From the NCBI RefSeq assembly GCF_000009045.1, contig NC_000964.3, forward strand, positions 3,810,001 through 3,842,000: a DNA stretch of 32,000 bases, written 5' to 3'. Every line of letters begins with the position of its first letter. The stretch's first letter is position 1. Of this stretch, positions 11,552 to 20,760 are shown piece after piece. Source of the DNA: Bacillus subtilis subsp. subtilis str. 168 (GTDB lineage Bacteria > Bacillota > Bacilli > Bacillales > Bacillaceae). A program made the translations under genes and the position numbers. A model generated the notes under the pieces. That model was not told the DNA's origin and made no database searches. It saw only the letters and a list, made by a program, of their open reading frames with translations.

Positions 11552-11569
11552 GATCAGATTTCTTTTTTC

Positions 11570-13072
11570 TTACAGAACACCTGAAAACAGGCGGGCAAAC
11601 GACTCTTTTGTCCGGTCAGCCACACCTCTTTTATAAAAGCCGACAGGGCTGAGCTTTTCACTTTCCTGCATATCCTCTTCAAAATGGGCCTCAAGGGTTC
11701 GGATCGCTTCGGCATCCGTGAAGAACACATTCACTTCAAAGTTGAGCTGAAAGCTGCGCATGTCCATATTCGCGGTACCGACGGAGGCGAGATCGCCATC
11801 AATGATCATGACTTTTTGATGCATGAAGCCTTTTTGGTAGGAGTACACTTCAATGCCCTCAAGGAGCAGCTCCGGGAAATAGGACCTCGACGCGTATTGG
11901 GTCAAAAAGCTGTCGTTCTTCTCCGGCACCATAACCCTTACCTCTACCCCCTTTGTCGCCGCTGCTTTTAGCGCCGTGCGAATGGATTCATTGGGGACAA
12001 AATAGGGCGTGGCGATCCATATTGATTTCTGCGCTGAAGAAATCATTTCATAATAAAGGTCGCTCATGCTTTCCTTCATGTCAGGGCCTGTCGCGACAAT
12101 TTGATAAATGCCTCCTCCTTCCACGGGAACCGGGGTATTGTACTCCTCTTGATCAATTAGCACTTCATTGGAGACATATTCCCAATCCAGCATAAAGATA
12201 GCGTGGAGCGTTTGCACAATTTCCCCCTCAAGCCGCAGGTGTGTATCTCTCCAAAATCCGATGTACGGATCTCTGCTGATATATTCCTTCCCGACATTTA
12301 ATCCACCCACAAAACCGGTTTTCCCATCGATGATCACGATTTTCCGGTGATTTCTGAAATTCAGCTTCTGGTTGAAAAACCCGTATTTCAGCGGAGAAAA
12401 CGGGACGATGTCCACCCCCGCTTGTTTCATTCTCATAATATCTCTTCTTGCCAGCTTCATGCTTCCTGCCGCATCGTATAAAAACCTCACCTCGACACCC
12501 TGGCGCGCTTTCTCCATCATAATATCCATCATGCCGCGTCCGAGCATGTCTGATTTAAACATGTAGTATTCAATATGTATGTAAGATTCCGCTTTTCTCA
12601 TTGCTTTGAAAATGTCCGGGAAGGTTTCTTCGCCGTTTTTCAGCACTTTGATGTTGCTTTTCGTATTGATATTCATATGGGCAGCCCTGATGGAATATGT
12701 AAAGAACCTCTCTTGATTGTCCTTCAGCCCTGTCACTTCGGGCGTTTCCTCCTTGTCAAACAGCTTCCTGAGCTTTTCCCTGTTGTACATTCGTTTTGTC
12801 TTAAACAGCTTTCCCTTTACATAAAGCTGTCCCGAAAACAGATAAAACACGTAGCCGACGATTGGAAAAAAGACAAGAATATGGATCCATAGCAGCGTGT
12901 GCTGCGAGGTGCGGTTTTCAAGAATTAATGAATAGATGCTGAACAAAATAATGCTTATATAGCAAAGCAATCCTCCGTAAAACTCAAGTCTGGAAACCGG
13001 AAAAAACCAAATGACATATGCCCCGATGAGCATCATATATAAAAAGAAAAATTCCAGTCTCCTTTTCAGCAT
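11570..13072 (-). CDS. ywiE: Cardiolipin synthase; start at ATG 13072 preferred
   Basis: 500 aa; HKD motifs HRKIVIIDGKTGFVGG and HQKVMIIDGDLASVGTANMD; N-terminal TM segments. Also called clsC. Confidence 0.92.
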   Translation of the reverse strand: MLKRRLEFFFLYMMLIGAYVIWFFPVSRLEFYGGLLCYISIILFSIYSLILENRTSQHTLLWIHILVFFPIVGYVFYLFSGQLYVKGKLFKTKRMYNREKLRKLFDKEETPEVTGLKDNQERFFTYSIRAAHMNINTKSNIKVLKNGEETFPDIFKAMRKAESYIHIEYYMFKSDMLGRGMMDIMMEKARQGVEVRFLYDAAGSMKLARRDIMRMKQAGVDIVPFSPLKYGFFNQKLNFRNHRKIVIIDGKTGFVGGLNVGKEYISRDPYIGFWRDTHLRLEGEIVQTLHAIFMLDWEYVSNEVLIDQEEYNTPVPVEGGGIYQIVATGPDMKESMSDLYYEMISSAQKSIWIATPYFVPNESIRTALKAAATKGVEVRVMVPEKNDSFLTQYASRSYFPELLLEGIEVYSYQKGFMHQKVMIIDGDLASVGTANMDMRSFQLNFEVNVFFTDAEAIRTLEAHFEEDMQESEKLSPVGFYKRGVADRTKESFARLFSGVL

Positions 13073-13108
13073 CCTGATTCTCTCCAATCTGATTCAATTA
13101 CCTCTGTA

Positions 13109-13134
13109 TTACCTCTTTTTTCTAATCGATAAAC
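13109..13134 (-). promoter_or_regulatory. Candidate SigB promoter for ywiE
   Basis: Minus strand GTTTAT (13134-13129), 14 bp, AGGTAA (13114-13109). Confidence 0.4.
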
Positions 13135-13143
13135 CTTGTAAGT

Positions 13144-13175
13144 AAAAAACCTCTCCGCCAAAGGAGGAGAGGTTT
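13144..13175 (-). terminator. Intrinsic terminator between ywiE and the narI downstream region
   Basis: Minus strand AAACCTCTCC-9 nt-GGAGAGGTTTTTT, 10-bp stem plus T-run. Confidence 0.8.
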
Positions 13176-13530
13176 AGAGAAAACTAACTGTCACGGAATT
13201 CATCCGCATCGTTTCTGCAGAAATAAAGCAAGACTATTGGCAACGCCGAGTGACAACATGAGCGGCAAGCTGAACCCGCTCAGCACTCCGGCAAGCGCCG
13301 AAAAGAAGGCGGCGCTGTGACTGCAAATACGGTGGATAGAGTAAATTTGATACCCATTCTGATGAGAGAAAATATATAAAACGGGAAATTGATCAGAAAG
13401 ATATAAGGAGTTAGTCAGGCTGAATCATAATCTGGCTGTTCCGCCGGTTTAAAATGAGTAAAATCCTTGATGTTATTTCCATATACAAACATAACAGGAT
13501 TCCCGGCAGCCCAGCCATTACCTTGGCAGA

Positions 13531-13554
13531 AAAAACCCCCTCTTGCAAGGGGGA
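13531..13554 (-). terminator. Likely nar operon terminator
   Basis: Minus strand CCCCCTTGCAAGAGGGGGTTTTTTC, G/C-rich stem with T-run just past the narI stop. Confidence 0.7.
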
Positions 13555-13557
13555 TTT

Positions 13558-14229
13558 TCACGAGCGTTTCCGATATACAACGTAGCTGCGGGTCAGATAC
13601 TTGAGCGGCAGACTGAACACATGAACCAATCTCGTAAACGGCCACAGGATAAAAACGACGTATCCTATCACAATATGAAACTTAAACCATAGCGGGACAC
13701 TCTCCATCAAAGAGGCGTCAGGCCTGAACAAAACGATTTCCCTGAACCAGGGCCCGACTGTGGTCCGGTAATCAAATCCTTTCGAATCAATGTTGAGAAA
13801 CGTGGCCGCAACGCCTGACAGCATCATGAACAGCAGCAGGAGGAGCGTAAGGATATCGGATGGCGAGCTCGTTTTGCGGATTCTTTTGTCAAACAGCCTT
13901 CTGTACGTCAGGATGACAAGTCCGGTACATGCCGCAATGCCCGCCGGCAAGCCAGCGCCAATCGCCATTTTGTGATACATATGCTCTGAAATGCCAAGGG
14001 AAGCATACACGCCTTCTGGGATCAGAATCCCCATGACATGCCCGCCGACAACGCACAGCAGTCCCCAGTGAAAAAGTGTGCTGCCAGCCGCAAGTTTTTT
14101 CTTTTCTAACAGCTCGCTTGATTTCGCCGTCCAGCCAAATTGGTCATGCTGATAGCGGTAAATATGGCCGCCGATAAAGATTGTCAATACAATGTATGGC
14201 ATAATACCCCAGAGGATCTGCCCGCTCAT
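13558..14229 (-). CDS. narI: Respiratory nitrate reductase gamma subunit
   Basis: 223 aa membrane protein MSGQILWGIMPYIVLTIFIGGHIYRYQHDQFGW..., ...WPFTRLVHVFSLPLKYL. Confidence 0.96.
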   Translation of the reverse strand: MSGQILWGIMPYIVLTIFIGGHIYRYQHDQFGWTAKSSELLEKKKLAAGSTLFHWGLLCVVGGHVMGILIPEGVYASLGISEHMYHKMAIGAGLPAGIAACTGLVILTYRRLFDKRIRKTSSPSDILTLLLLLFMMLSGVAATFLNIDSKGFDYRTTVGPWFREIVLFRPDASLMESVPLWFKFHIVIGYVVFILWPFTRLVHVFSLPLKYLTRSYVVYRKRS

Positions 14230-14780
14230 GCCTGAACAGCCCCTTCAACGCTTTCACGTACGCCAATGTTTTCAAGCGCGGCCAGCAGCACGTGCAGCAG
14301 TTCAGCGTATATACTGTCATTTTTTTCGAGACGGGATGCCAGCTCCCTCACATTGGACAGATATTTCTCAAACACGCTTCTCGCTGCTTCAATTTCTGCA
14401 GCCGCAGCAAATTCCAGCATCAGCGGCAGATAATCAGGCAGCTCTTTCTCTGTCGGCAGGAAACCGGATTGCTCGTATGTGTTTTTTAAATGCAGCAATT
14501 CAATGCCGCGTTCCCTTTGCTCGCCTGAGTTAAAGTAGGTGACATACATATTTGTTTTTTTCCCGAAGTCGAATGTATAGACATAGTGTTCAATCAGCGC
14601 TTCCGGAGAATAGCTGGCTGACGTCTCGAAAAAGTGCAGCAGCTTCTCCCGGATTTGCCGGTTGCCGATTTCTTGGATAAGAGCCTTCCAATCGGGAAGC
14701 TCGGCTCTCCACTCTTCATCCGGATAAGAGAGAAGACAGGAAAGAGCAGAGAACGTGATTTGCCGGTCTGTGGTGTTCAT
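14226..14780 (-). CDS. narJ: Nitrate reductase assembly chaperone; start at ATG 14780 preferred
   Basis: 184 aa from MNTTDRQITFSALSCLLSYPDEEW; SD-like AGGTG upstream. Confidence 0.95.
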   Translation of the reverse strand: MNTTDRQITFSALSCLLSYPDEEWRAELPDWKALIQEIGNRQIREKLLHFFETSASYSPEALIEHYVYTFDFGKKTNMYVTYFNSGEQRERGIELLHLKNTYEQSGFLPTEKELPDYLPLMLEFAAAAEIEAARSVFEKYLSNVRELASRLEKNDSIYAELLHVLLAALENIGVRESVEGAVQA

Positions 14781-14805
14781 CTTGTTACACCTCATTTATC
14801 AAAAG

Positions 14806-16269
14806 TTAGAAACAGGAGCCGGGGCCGCCTGAAAATGATAAGCCGCAGCTTCCTTGTTCAGCGTATAAATCTGATACTTCTTCTCGATGGCTGCTCGGAA
14901 TCACAAAGCGGTCATCATATTTGGCAATCGCAAGCAGCCGATACATATCTTCAATTTGCTGTTCTGTTAAGCCGACACTGGAGATCAGTTCCGGATCGAT
15001 TGATTTATTCGTCTGGACCGCTCTCATATACTGGCGCATGACAGACATTTTCTTTAATGTTGACCGAATATGATCCGTATCACCGGCTGTTAACAGCTGC
15101 GCCAAATAATCTATCGGGATTCTCATTTGGTCGATAGCCGGAAAAATATCTTCCGCCGTTTGCCGGCTGCCTTTTCCTTCAAAGAGATTCATAATCGGGC
15201 TGAGCGGCGGAATGTACCACACCATTGGCAGCGTGCGGTACTCAGGATGAAGCGGCAGCGCGATCTTCCAGTCAATGATCATTTTATAGATCGGTGATTG
15301 CTGCGCGGCCTCTATCCATTCAGCCGGAATGCCTTGTTCTTTTGCCAGTTTGGCAACCTCAGGATCATTCGGATCAAGAAAAACGTCCAATTGGGAATGG
15401 TAGAGATCCTTTTCATTTTCAACAGATGCCGCTTCCTCCACTTTGTCCGCGTCATATAGCATGACGCCGAGGTAGCGGATTCTGCCAACACACGTCTCAG
15501 AGCAGATGGTTGGCAGTCCCGCCTCCAAACGCGGAAAGCAGAGTGTGCATTTTTCCGCTTTGTTCGTTTGCCAGTTAAAATAGACTTTTTTATAAGGACA
15601 GGATGAGACGCAATATCTCCATGAACGGCATGCGTTTTGATCCACAAGCACAATGCCGTCCTCCTCGCGTTTGTACATGGCGCCGGATGGACAGGATGAG
15701 ACGCATGCCGGGTTGATGCAGTGCTCGCAAATACGGGGCAAATACATCATAAAGACGTCATCGAATTCTGTTTTGATCGATTCCTCCATCTTTTGTACGT
15801 TGGGATCTTCAAGTCCCGTAATGTGGCCGCCTGCGAGATCGTCCTCCCAGTTCGGTCCCCATTCGATATTCATGAAATCCCCCGTCAAGGACGATTTCGG
15901 GCGTGCTACCGGCTGGTGTTTTTTCTGCGGGCTGTTCGTTAATGTTTCATAATCATAGTTCCAAGGTTCATAGTAATCATCAATTGACGGCTGATTCGGA
16001 TTATAGAAAAGGCCTGCAAGCCGATTGGTTTTCGAGCCCGATTTCAGCTCGAGCTTTCCTTTTTTCAATGTCCAGCCGCCTTTATATTTGTCCTGGTCCT
16101 CCCATTGCTTCGGGTAGCCGATGCCCGGCTTTGTTTCTACATTATTGAAGTACATATATTCCGCACCGGAACGGTTTGTCCACGTGTTTTTGCAGGTGAC
16201 GCTGCACGTGTGGCAGCCGATGCATTTATCCAAGTTCATGACCATACCGATTTGCGCTTTAATCTTCAA
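14806..16269 (-). CDS. narH: Respiratory nitrate reductase beta subunit
   Basis: 487 aa; CIGCHTCSVTCKNTW, CEHCINPACVSSCPSGA, CRSWRYCVSSCPYKK, CTLCFPR. Confidence 0.98.
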   Translation of the reverse strand: MKIKAQIGMVMNLDKCIGCHTCSVTCKNTWTNRSGAEYMYFNNVETKPGIGYPKQWEDQDKYKGGWTLKKGKLELKSGSKTNRLAGLFYNPNQPSIDDYYEPWNYDYETLTNSPQKKHQPVARPKSSLTGDFMNIEWGPNWEDDLAGGHITGLEDPNVQKMEESIKTEFDDVFMMYLPRICEHCINPACVSSCPSGAMYKREEDGIVLVDQNACRSWRYCVSSCPYKKVYFNWQTNKAEKCTLCFPRLEAGLPTICSETCVGRIRYLGVMLYDADKVEEAASVENEKDLYHSQLDVFLDPNDPEVAKLAKEQGIPAEWIEAAQQSPIYKMIIDWKIALPLHPEYRTLPMVWYIPPLSPIMNLFEGKGSRQTAEDIFPAIDQMRIPIDYLAQLLTAGDTDHIRSTLKKMSVMRQYMRAVQTNKSIDPELISSVGLTEQQIEDMYRLLAIAKYDDRFVIPSSHREEVSDLYAEQGSCGLSFSGGPGSCF

Positions 16270-19200
16270 GCCAATCGACCTCCTTCAGCTTGCGGATGAC
16301 GACGTTCAGGTCGCGCTGATTCCCCGTTGGACCGTAATAATTAAAGCCGTAGCTGAGCTGGGCGTAGCCACCGATCATCTGTGTCGGCTTGACGTGAATC
16401 CTTGTCGGGCTGTTATGGGTGCCTCCGCGGTTATTCGTCAGCTTTGTGCCGGGCACGTTGATGTGGCGGTCCTGGGCATGGTGCATAAACGCCATTCCTT
16501 TAGGAATCCGATGAGACAAAACGGCTCTCGCGACGACAACGCCGTTTCGGTTGAAGCATTCAATCCAATCGTTGTCTTTGATATCCGTGTCCTCTGCATC
16601 ATCTTTATTCATCCACACGGTCGGCCCGCCGCGGAACAGCGTCAGCATCGGCAGAGAATCAAAATACATGCTGTGGACAGACCATTTATTATGCGGCGTC
16701 AAATAATTGAGGACGATTTCTTTTCCCTCTTGATCAGGCCGTTTGCTCAGAAACGGGCGATGCTGGAGGATCGGTTTGAATGTCGCCATCGTTTCACCGA
16801 ATTCCATCATCAGTTCATGATCGACATAATAGGATTGTCTGCCTGTCAGCGTCCGCCACGGAATTAATTTTTCAACATTCGTTGTAAACGGCGAATACCT
16901 GCGCCCTCCTTTTTCAGAGCCGGTAAACGCTGGAGACGTGATCACCGTTTTCGGCTGGGCTGTAATTTGTTCGAACGTAAAGCATTCTTCCTCGCGTTCT
17001 TCCGCCAGGTCTTTCAGCTTCAGGTTCGTGATGTTTTCAAGTGATTCCCATGCTTTTACTGCGACCTTTCCATTCGAAGTGGATGATAGGGTTAAAATCG
17101 CTTCTGCAGCCTGCTTTGCTTCACTTATATTTGGACATCCCTTTGCCACGCTGTCCGAGGTGATTTCTCCCAGTCTCTGTTTGAGTGATTCATATTCATC
17201 GGCTATTGACCAGCTCATCCCTTTTGTTCCGCTCGGCTTTAAAGCAACGTTCGGACCAAGTGCAGTCATTTTATGAAAAATGTGTTTGTAATCCCGTTCA
17301 ACGACTTGGATGTTCGGCATCGTTTTTCCCGGAATGGCTTCACATTCGCCTTTGCTCCAGTCATTGATTTTGCCGAATGGCTGGGCCAATTCCTGCATGG
17401 TGTCGTGGAGCAGCGGTGTCGCAACCACTTCTTTCACCGGCTCCATATCGACTTCTTCTGCCAGATCGGAAACGGCTTTTGACAGCGCCTTGAAAATATC
17501 CCAGTCTGACTTCGATTCCCACGGAGCCGAGATCGCAGGAGCAAATGGATGAATGAACGGATGCATATCTGTGCTGCTGAGATCGTGTTTTTCATACCAT
17601 GTCGCCGCCGGCAGCACGATATCGGAATACAGCGCCGTACCCGCCATTCGAAAATCAAGATTGATTAATAAGTCGAGCTTTCCTTCCGGCGCCTGCTCCC
17701 GCCATTTGATTTCTTCTGGGCGGATGCTGTCGCTGTCGTCATTCATTAAACCGTTCGTTGTCCCCAGCAAATGCTTGAGAAAATATTCATGCCCTTTTCC
17801 TGAGCTTGAGATCAGATTTGCCCGCCATACAAAGAGATTCCTTGGGAAATTCACTTCATTGTCAGGATCTTCAATCGCGAATTTCAGTTTTTTCTCTTGG
17901 AGCTGTGAGGCCACGTACGCACCTACGTCTTCAGGTGTTGCTGCCCCTGCTTTTTCAGCTTCTTTATACAGATCGATGCCATTTTGATTGAAAGTCGGGT
18001 AAGACGGAAGCCACCCTAGCCGCGCCGCCAGCACATTGTAATCAGCGTGGTGCTTGTAGCGGGATGAAGCAGCAATCGGTGATGCCAAATCACTGATCGG
18101 CTGGTCCTCATAACGCCACTGATCTGTCGCAAAGTAGAAAAATGAGGTGCCATTTTGCAGCTTGGGCACGCCTTCCCAGTCCTTTGCAGTTGCAATCGTC
18201 TGCCACCCTTCAGCAGGTCGGAGCTTTTCCTGCCCCACGTAATGGGCCCAGCCTCCGCCGTTTACGCCTTGGGCGCCTACAAGTAAAACAAGATTTAACA
18301 CTGCTCGGTAGATCGTGTCGGAGTTGAACCAGTGGTTAATGCCGGCCCCTACGATAATCATGGACCGGCCGTCTGTATCGATCGCATTTTGGGCAAACTC
18401 TCTGGCAATCTTAACGACAGCTTCTTTTTTGATTCCTGTCATTTGTTCCTGCCAGGCAGGCGTAAACGGCTCAGGGTCATCATAGGAGACAGCCGATCGT
18501 TCGCCGATGCCCCGGTTCACGCCGTAGTTAGCCAGTATCAAGTCAAACACGGTCGTGATGTACGTTTCTTCACCGTTCAGGTTCATTTTTTTAATAGGAA
18601 GATCCCGCTCGAGCACTTTGTTTCCGTCATTTGAAAAATACGGGATGCGCACCGTGCCGATTTCGTCCTCTATTCCCAGCACAGAGAGACGGGGTTCAAT
18701 CGGTTCCCCGGTTTCTTCATCAATCATGTGCAGGTTCCATTTCTGCTGCCCGTCCCAGCGCGAGCCCATTGTCCCTTGGGGTATGGCAAATGAACTTGTC
18801 TGTTCATCCCAAACCGCAGGCTTCCACTGATCATGCTTTGTCTTCCGCCCGATGTCCTTCGCATGCAGAAACCGTCCCGCTGTGTATACGCCATTTTCTT
18901 TTGACAGAGTGACGAGAAATGGAAAATCAGTGTATTGCTTCGCGTACTCAATAAAACGTTCAGTTTCTTGGTTCACGTAAAATTCCTGCAGAATAACGTG
19001 ACCCATCGCCATCGCAAGCGCCCCGTCAGTCCCTTGGCGAATACTCAGCCAGTCATCCGCGAACTTTGAGGATTCCGCAAAATCTGGACTGATCGAAATG
19101 ACCTTAGCGCCTTTATAGCGGGCCTCCGCCAAAAAATGCGCGTCAGGCGTTCTCGTTAACGGAACGTTGGAGCCCCATGTGATAATATAGCCGGAATTGT

Positions 19201-19945
19201 ACCAATCACTGCTTTCCGGAACGTCCGTCTGGTCACCCCAAATTTGCGGGGATGCTGGAGGAAGATCCGCATACCAGTCATAAAAACTGAGCATAGGGCC
19301 TCCGATTAACGACATAAACCGGGAGCCTGATGCGTGGCTGATCATGGACATGGCCGGAATCGGAGAAAAACCGACGTTTCGGTCAGGCCCGTATTTCATC
19401 ACTGTATACAGCAGAGAGGCTGAAATCAGCTTCAGCACCTCCGGCCATTCAGCGCGCACAAAACCGCCTTTCCCTCTCGCCTGTTTATAGGACTTCGCTT
19501 TTTCAGGGTTTTCGACGATCGATTTCCAGGCTTCCAATGGATTTTGATGCGTCTGCAATGCCTCCCGCCACAAATTGATCAGCACACCGCGCACGTATGG
19601 ATATTTCACACGGAGCGGGCTGTAGATATACCATGAAAAACTGGCCCCCCGCGGGCAGCCTCTCGGTTCAAAATCAGGCATATCCGGGCCTGTTGATGGA
19701 TAATTCAAATTTTGCCCTTCCCACGTGACTATTCCGTTTTTCACATAAATATTCCAGCTGCAAGACCCTGTACAGTTGACGCCGTGGGTGGAGCGAACGA
19801 CTTTGTCGTACTGCCATCTGTTTCTGTATACATTCTCCCAATCGCGATCCTCGCGGGTAGTTTGGCTATGTTTATTTGAATGGTGTTCGATAGGAGAGAA
19901 ATAATTCAATCTCCTAAACAACGGACTCCTTTTCTTTTTCTTCAT
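16259..19945 (-). CDS. narG: Respiratory nitrate reductase alpha subunit
   Basis: 1228 aa; HGVNCTGSCSWNIYVKNGIVTWE and full-length Mo-bisMGD oxidoreductase. Confidence 0.98.
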   Translation of the reverse strand: MKKKKRSPLFRRLNYFSPIEHHSNKHSQTTREDRDWENVYRNRWQYDKVVRSTHGVNCTGSCSWNIYVKNGIVTWEGQNLNYPSTGPDMPDFEPRGCPRGASFSWYIYSPLRVKYPYVRGVLINLWREALQTHQNPLEAWKSIVENPEKAKSYKQARGKGGFVRAEWPEVLKLISASLLYTVMKYGPDRNVGFSPIPAMSMISHASGSRFMSLIGGPMLSFYDWYADLPPASPQIWGDQTDVPESSDWYNSGYIITWGSNVPLTRTPDAHFLAEARYKGAKVISISPDFAESSKFADDWLSIRQGTDGALAMAMGHVILQEFYVNQETERFIEYAKQYTDFPFLVTLSKENGVYTAGRFLHAKDIGRKTKHDQWKPAVWDEQTSSFAIPQGTMGSRWDGQQKWNLHMIDEETGEPIEPRLSVLGIEDEIGTVRIPYFSNDGNKVLERDLPIKKMNLNGEETYITTVFDLILANYGVNRGIGERSAVSYDDPEPFTPAWQEQMTGIKKEAVVKIAREFAQNAIDTDGRSMIIVGAGINHWFNSDTIYRAVLNLVLLVGAQGVNGGGWAHYVGQEKLRPAEGWQTIATAKDWEGVPKLQNGTSFFYFATDQWRYEDQPISDLASPIAASSRYKHHADYNVLAARLGWLPSYPTFNQNGIDLYKEAEKAGAATPEDVGAYVASQLQEKKLKFAIEDPDNEVNFPRNLFVWRANLISSSGKGHEYFLKHLLGTTNGLMNDDSDSIRPEEIKWREQAPEGKLDLLINLDFRMAGTALYSDIVLPAATWYEKHDLSSTDMHPFIHPFAPAISAPWESKSDWDIFKALSKAVSDLAEEVDMEPVKEVVATPLLHDTMQELAQPFGKINDWSKGECEAIPGKTMPNIQVVERDYKHIFHKMTALGPNVALKPSGTKGMSWSIADEYESLKQRLGEITSDSVAKGCPNISEAKQAAEAILTLSSTSNGKVAVKAWESLENITNLKLKDLAEEREEECFTFEQITAQPKTVITSPAFTGSEKGGRRYSPFTTNVEKLIPWRTLTGRQSYYVDHELMMEFGETMATFKPILQHRPFLSKRPDQEGKEIVLNYLTPHNKWSVHSMYFDSLPMLTLFRGGPTVWMNKDDAEDTDIKDNDWIECFNRNGVVVARAVLSHRIPKGMAFMHHAQDRHINVPGTKLTNNRGGTHNSPTRIHVKPTQMIGGYAQLSYGFNYYGPTGNQRDLNVVIRKLKEVDWLED

Positions 19946-19983
19946 GAGAGTTCACTCCTTCCGAGTCAGGTGATGCTAAGTTC

Positions 19984-20026
19984 ACTATAAACAGAGACAG
20001 CGTGTTTCCTTGTGAACTATGTCACA
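19984..20026 (-). promoter_or_regulatory. narG: narG promoter with FNR box
   Basis: TGTGAACTATGTCACA (20011-20026); minus-strand -10 TATAGT (19989-19984), placing the box centre near -41.5. Confidence 0.88.
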
Positions 20027-20122
20027 CACTCTGCTTTTTTCACAAAATGTTCACACAAAGGAGAAGGAAGGCTGCGTTCAGGCAGGACGCTTGGGTCATT
20101 AGCTGCCTTTCATTCAAAGATC

Positions 20123-20151
20123 AAAAAAAACCGGCTCTATTTAAGAACCGG
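20123..20151 (-). terminator. arfM terminator overlapping the arfM 3' end
   Basis: Minus strand CCGGTTC-TTAAATA-GAGCCGG-TTTTTTTT, 7-bp stem including one G-U pair. Confidence 0.8.
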
Positions 20152-20617
20152 GCTCAGCGTTTTCATCCTGTGATGTATGCAGATACCGCAAAAATAATTG
20201 ATAGGAACAAAAAACATTTTGCTGAAGCATAGCCAAAAAGTTCATTTGCAGCTGCGGATGATAAGACATCATTTTCTTAAATATGTAATATGGGATGTTG
20301 AGAATCAGAATGTCTGAAGTGGCATTGACTGAGATAAAGGGCGATAAATAAAGCCCGCCTTTTTCATCAATCGGAAACACATCGCCTTTTTCCCACAGCG
20401 CAACGGTTTTCGACCCTTCAGGGAGCCTTGTGTCCATAAAACGGACACTGCCTTTTAATACAATATAAACAGATTGAGAATGAAGAAAAGATGGAGACTG
20501 ATCACATGAACCGCGGATAAACGTGCCGTTTTTCAGCAAGGTTTCGACAATGGATAGAGGCACTTCATTAAACATAGGAAGTTGTTTCAGAAATAATAAA
20601 TAGTCACACTGATTCAT
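20141..20617 (-). CDS. arfM: Anaerobic respiration/fermentation modulator (Crp/Fnr-like cNMP-binding-fold protein); start at ATG 20617 preferred
   Basis: 158 aa MNQCDYLLFLKQLPMFNEVPLSIVETLLKNGTFI...; RBS AGGAGG upstream; position between narG and ywiC. Confidence 0.88.
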   Translation of the reverse strand: MNQCDYLLFLKQLPMFNEVPLSIVETLLKNGTFIRGSCDQSPSFLHSQSVYIVLKGSVRFMDTRLPEGSKTVALWEKGDVFPIDEKGGLYLSPFISVNATSDILILNIPYYIFKKMMSYHPQLQMNFLAMLQQNVFCSYQLFLRYLHTSQDENAEPGS

Positions 20618-20647
20618 AGGAAAACCTCCTGTGCTAAGGATAGCTTT

Positions 20648-20690
20648 AGTGTAGCTCGACTGAGCCTGTACAGCAGTGATGTATTTCACA
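20648..20690 (-). promoter_or_regulatory. arfM: arfM promoter with FNR box
   Basis: FNR box AGTGATGTATTTCACA (20675-20690; minus strand TGTGA-N6-TCACT) and minus-strand -10 TACACT (20653-20648), box centre near -41.5. Confidence 0.78.
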
Positions 20691-20760
20691 GCCTGTATGA
20701 TGAATGTCACTTATCAGGAGGGTGAATGCATTTATAATGAAAGAAAAAAGGAGGATTTCG

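Noticed and set aside
13415-13645. 76-aa minus-strand ORF overlapping the narI 3' end
   Set aside because: Mostly an alternative frame of narI plus the terminator region; no family resemblance.
16121-16867. 248-aa plus-strand ORF opposite narH/narG
   Set aside because: Antisense shadow created by high-GC codons of narG/narH; no homology recognised.
17553-17987. 144-aa plus-strand ORF opposite narG
   Set aside because: Antisense to the conserved narG reading frame.
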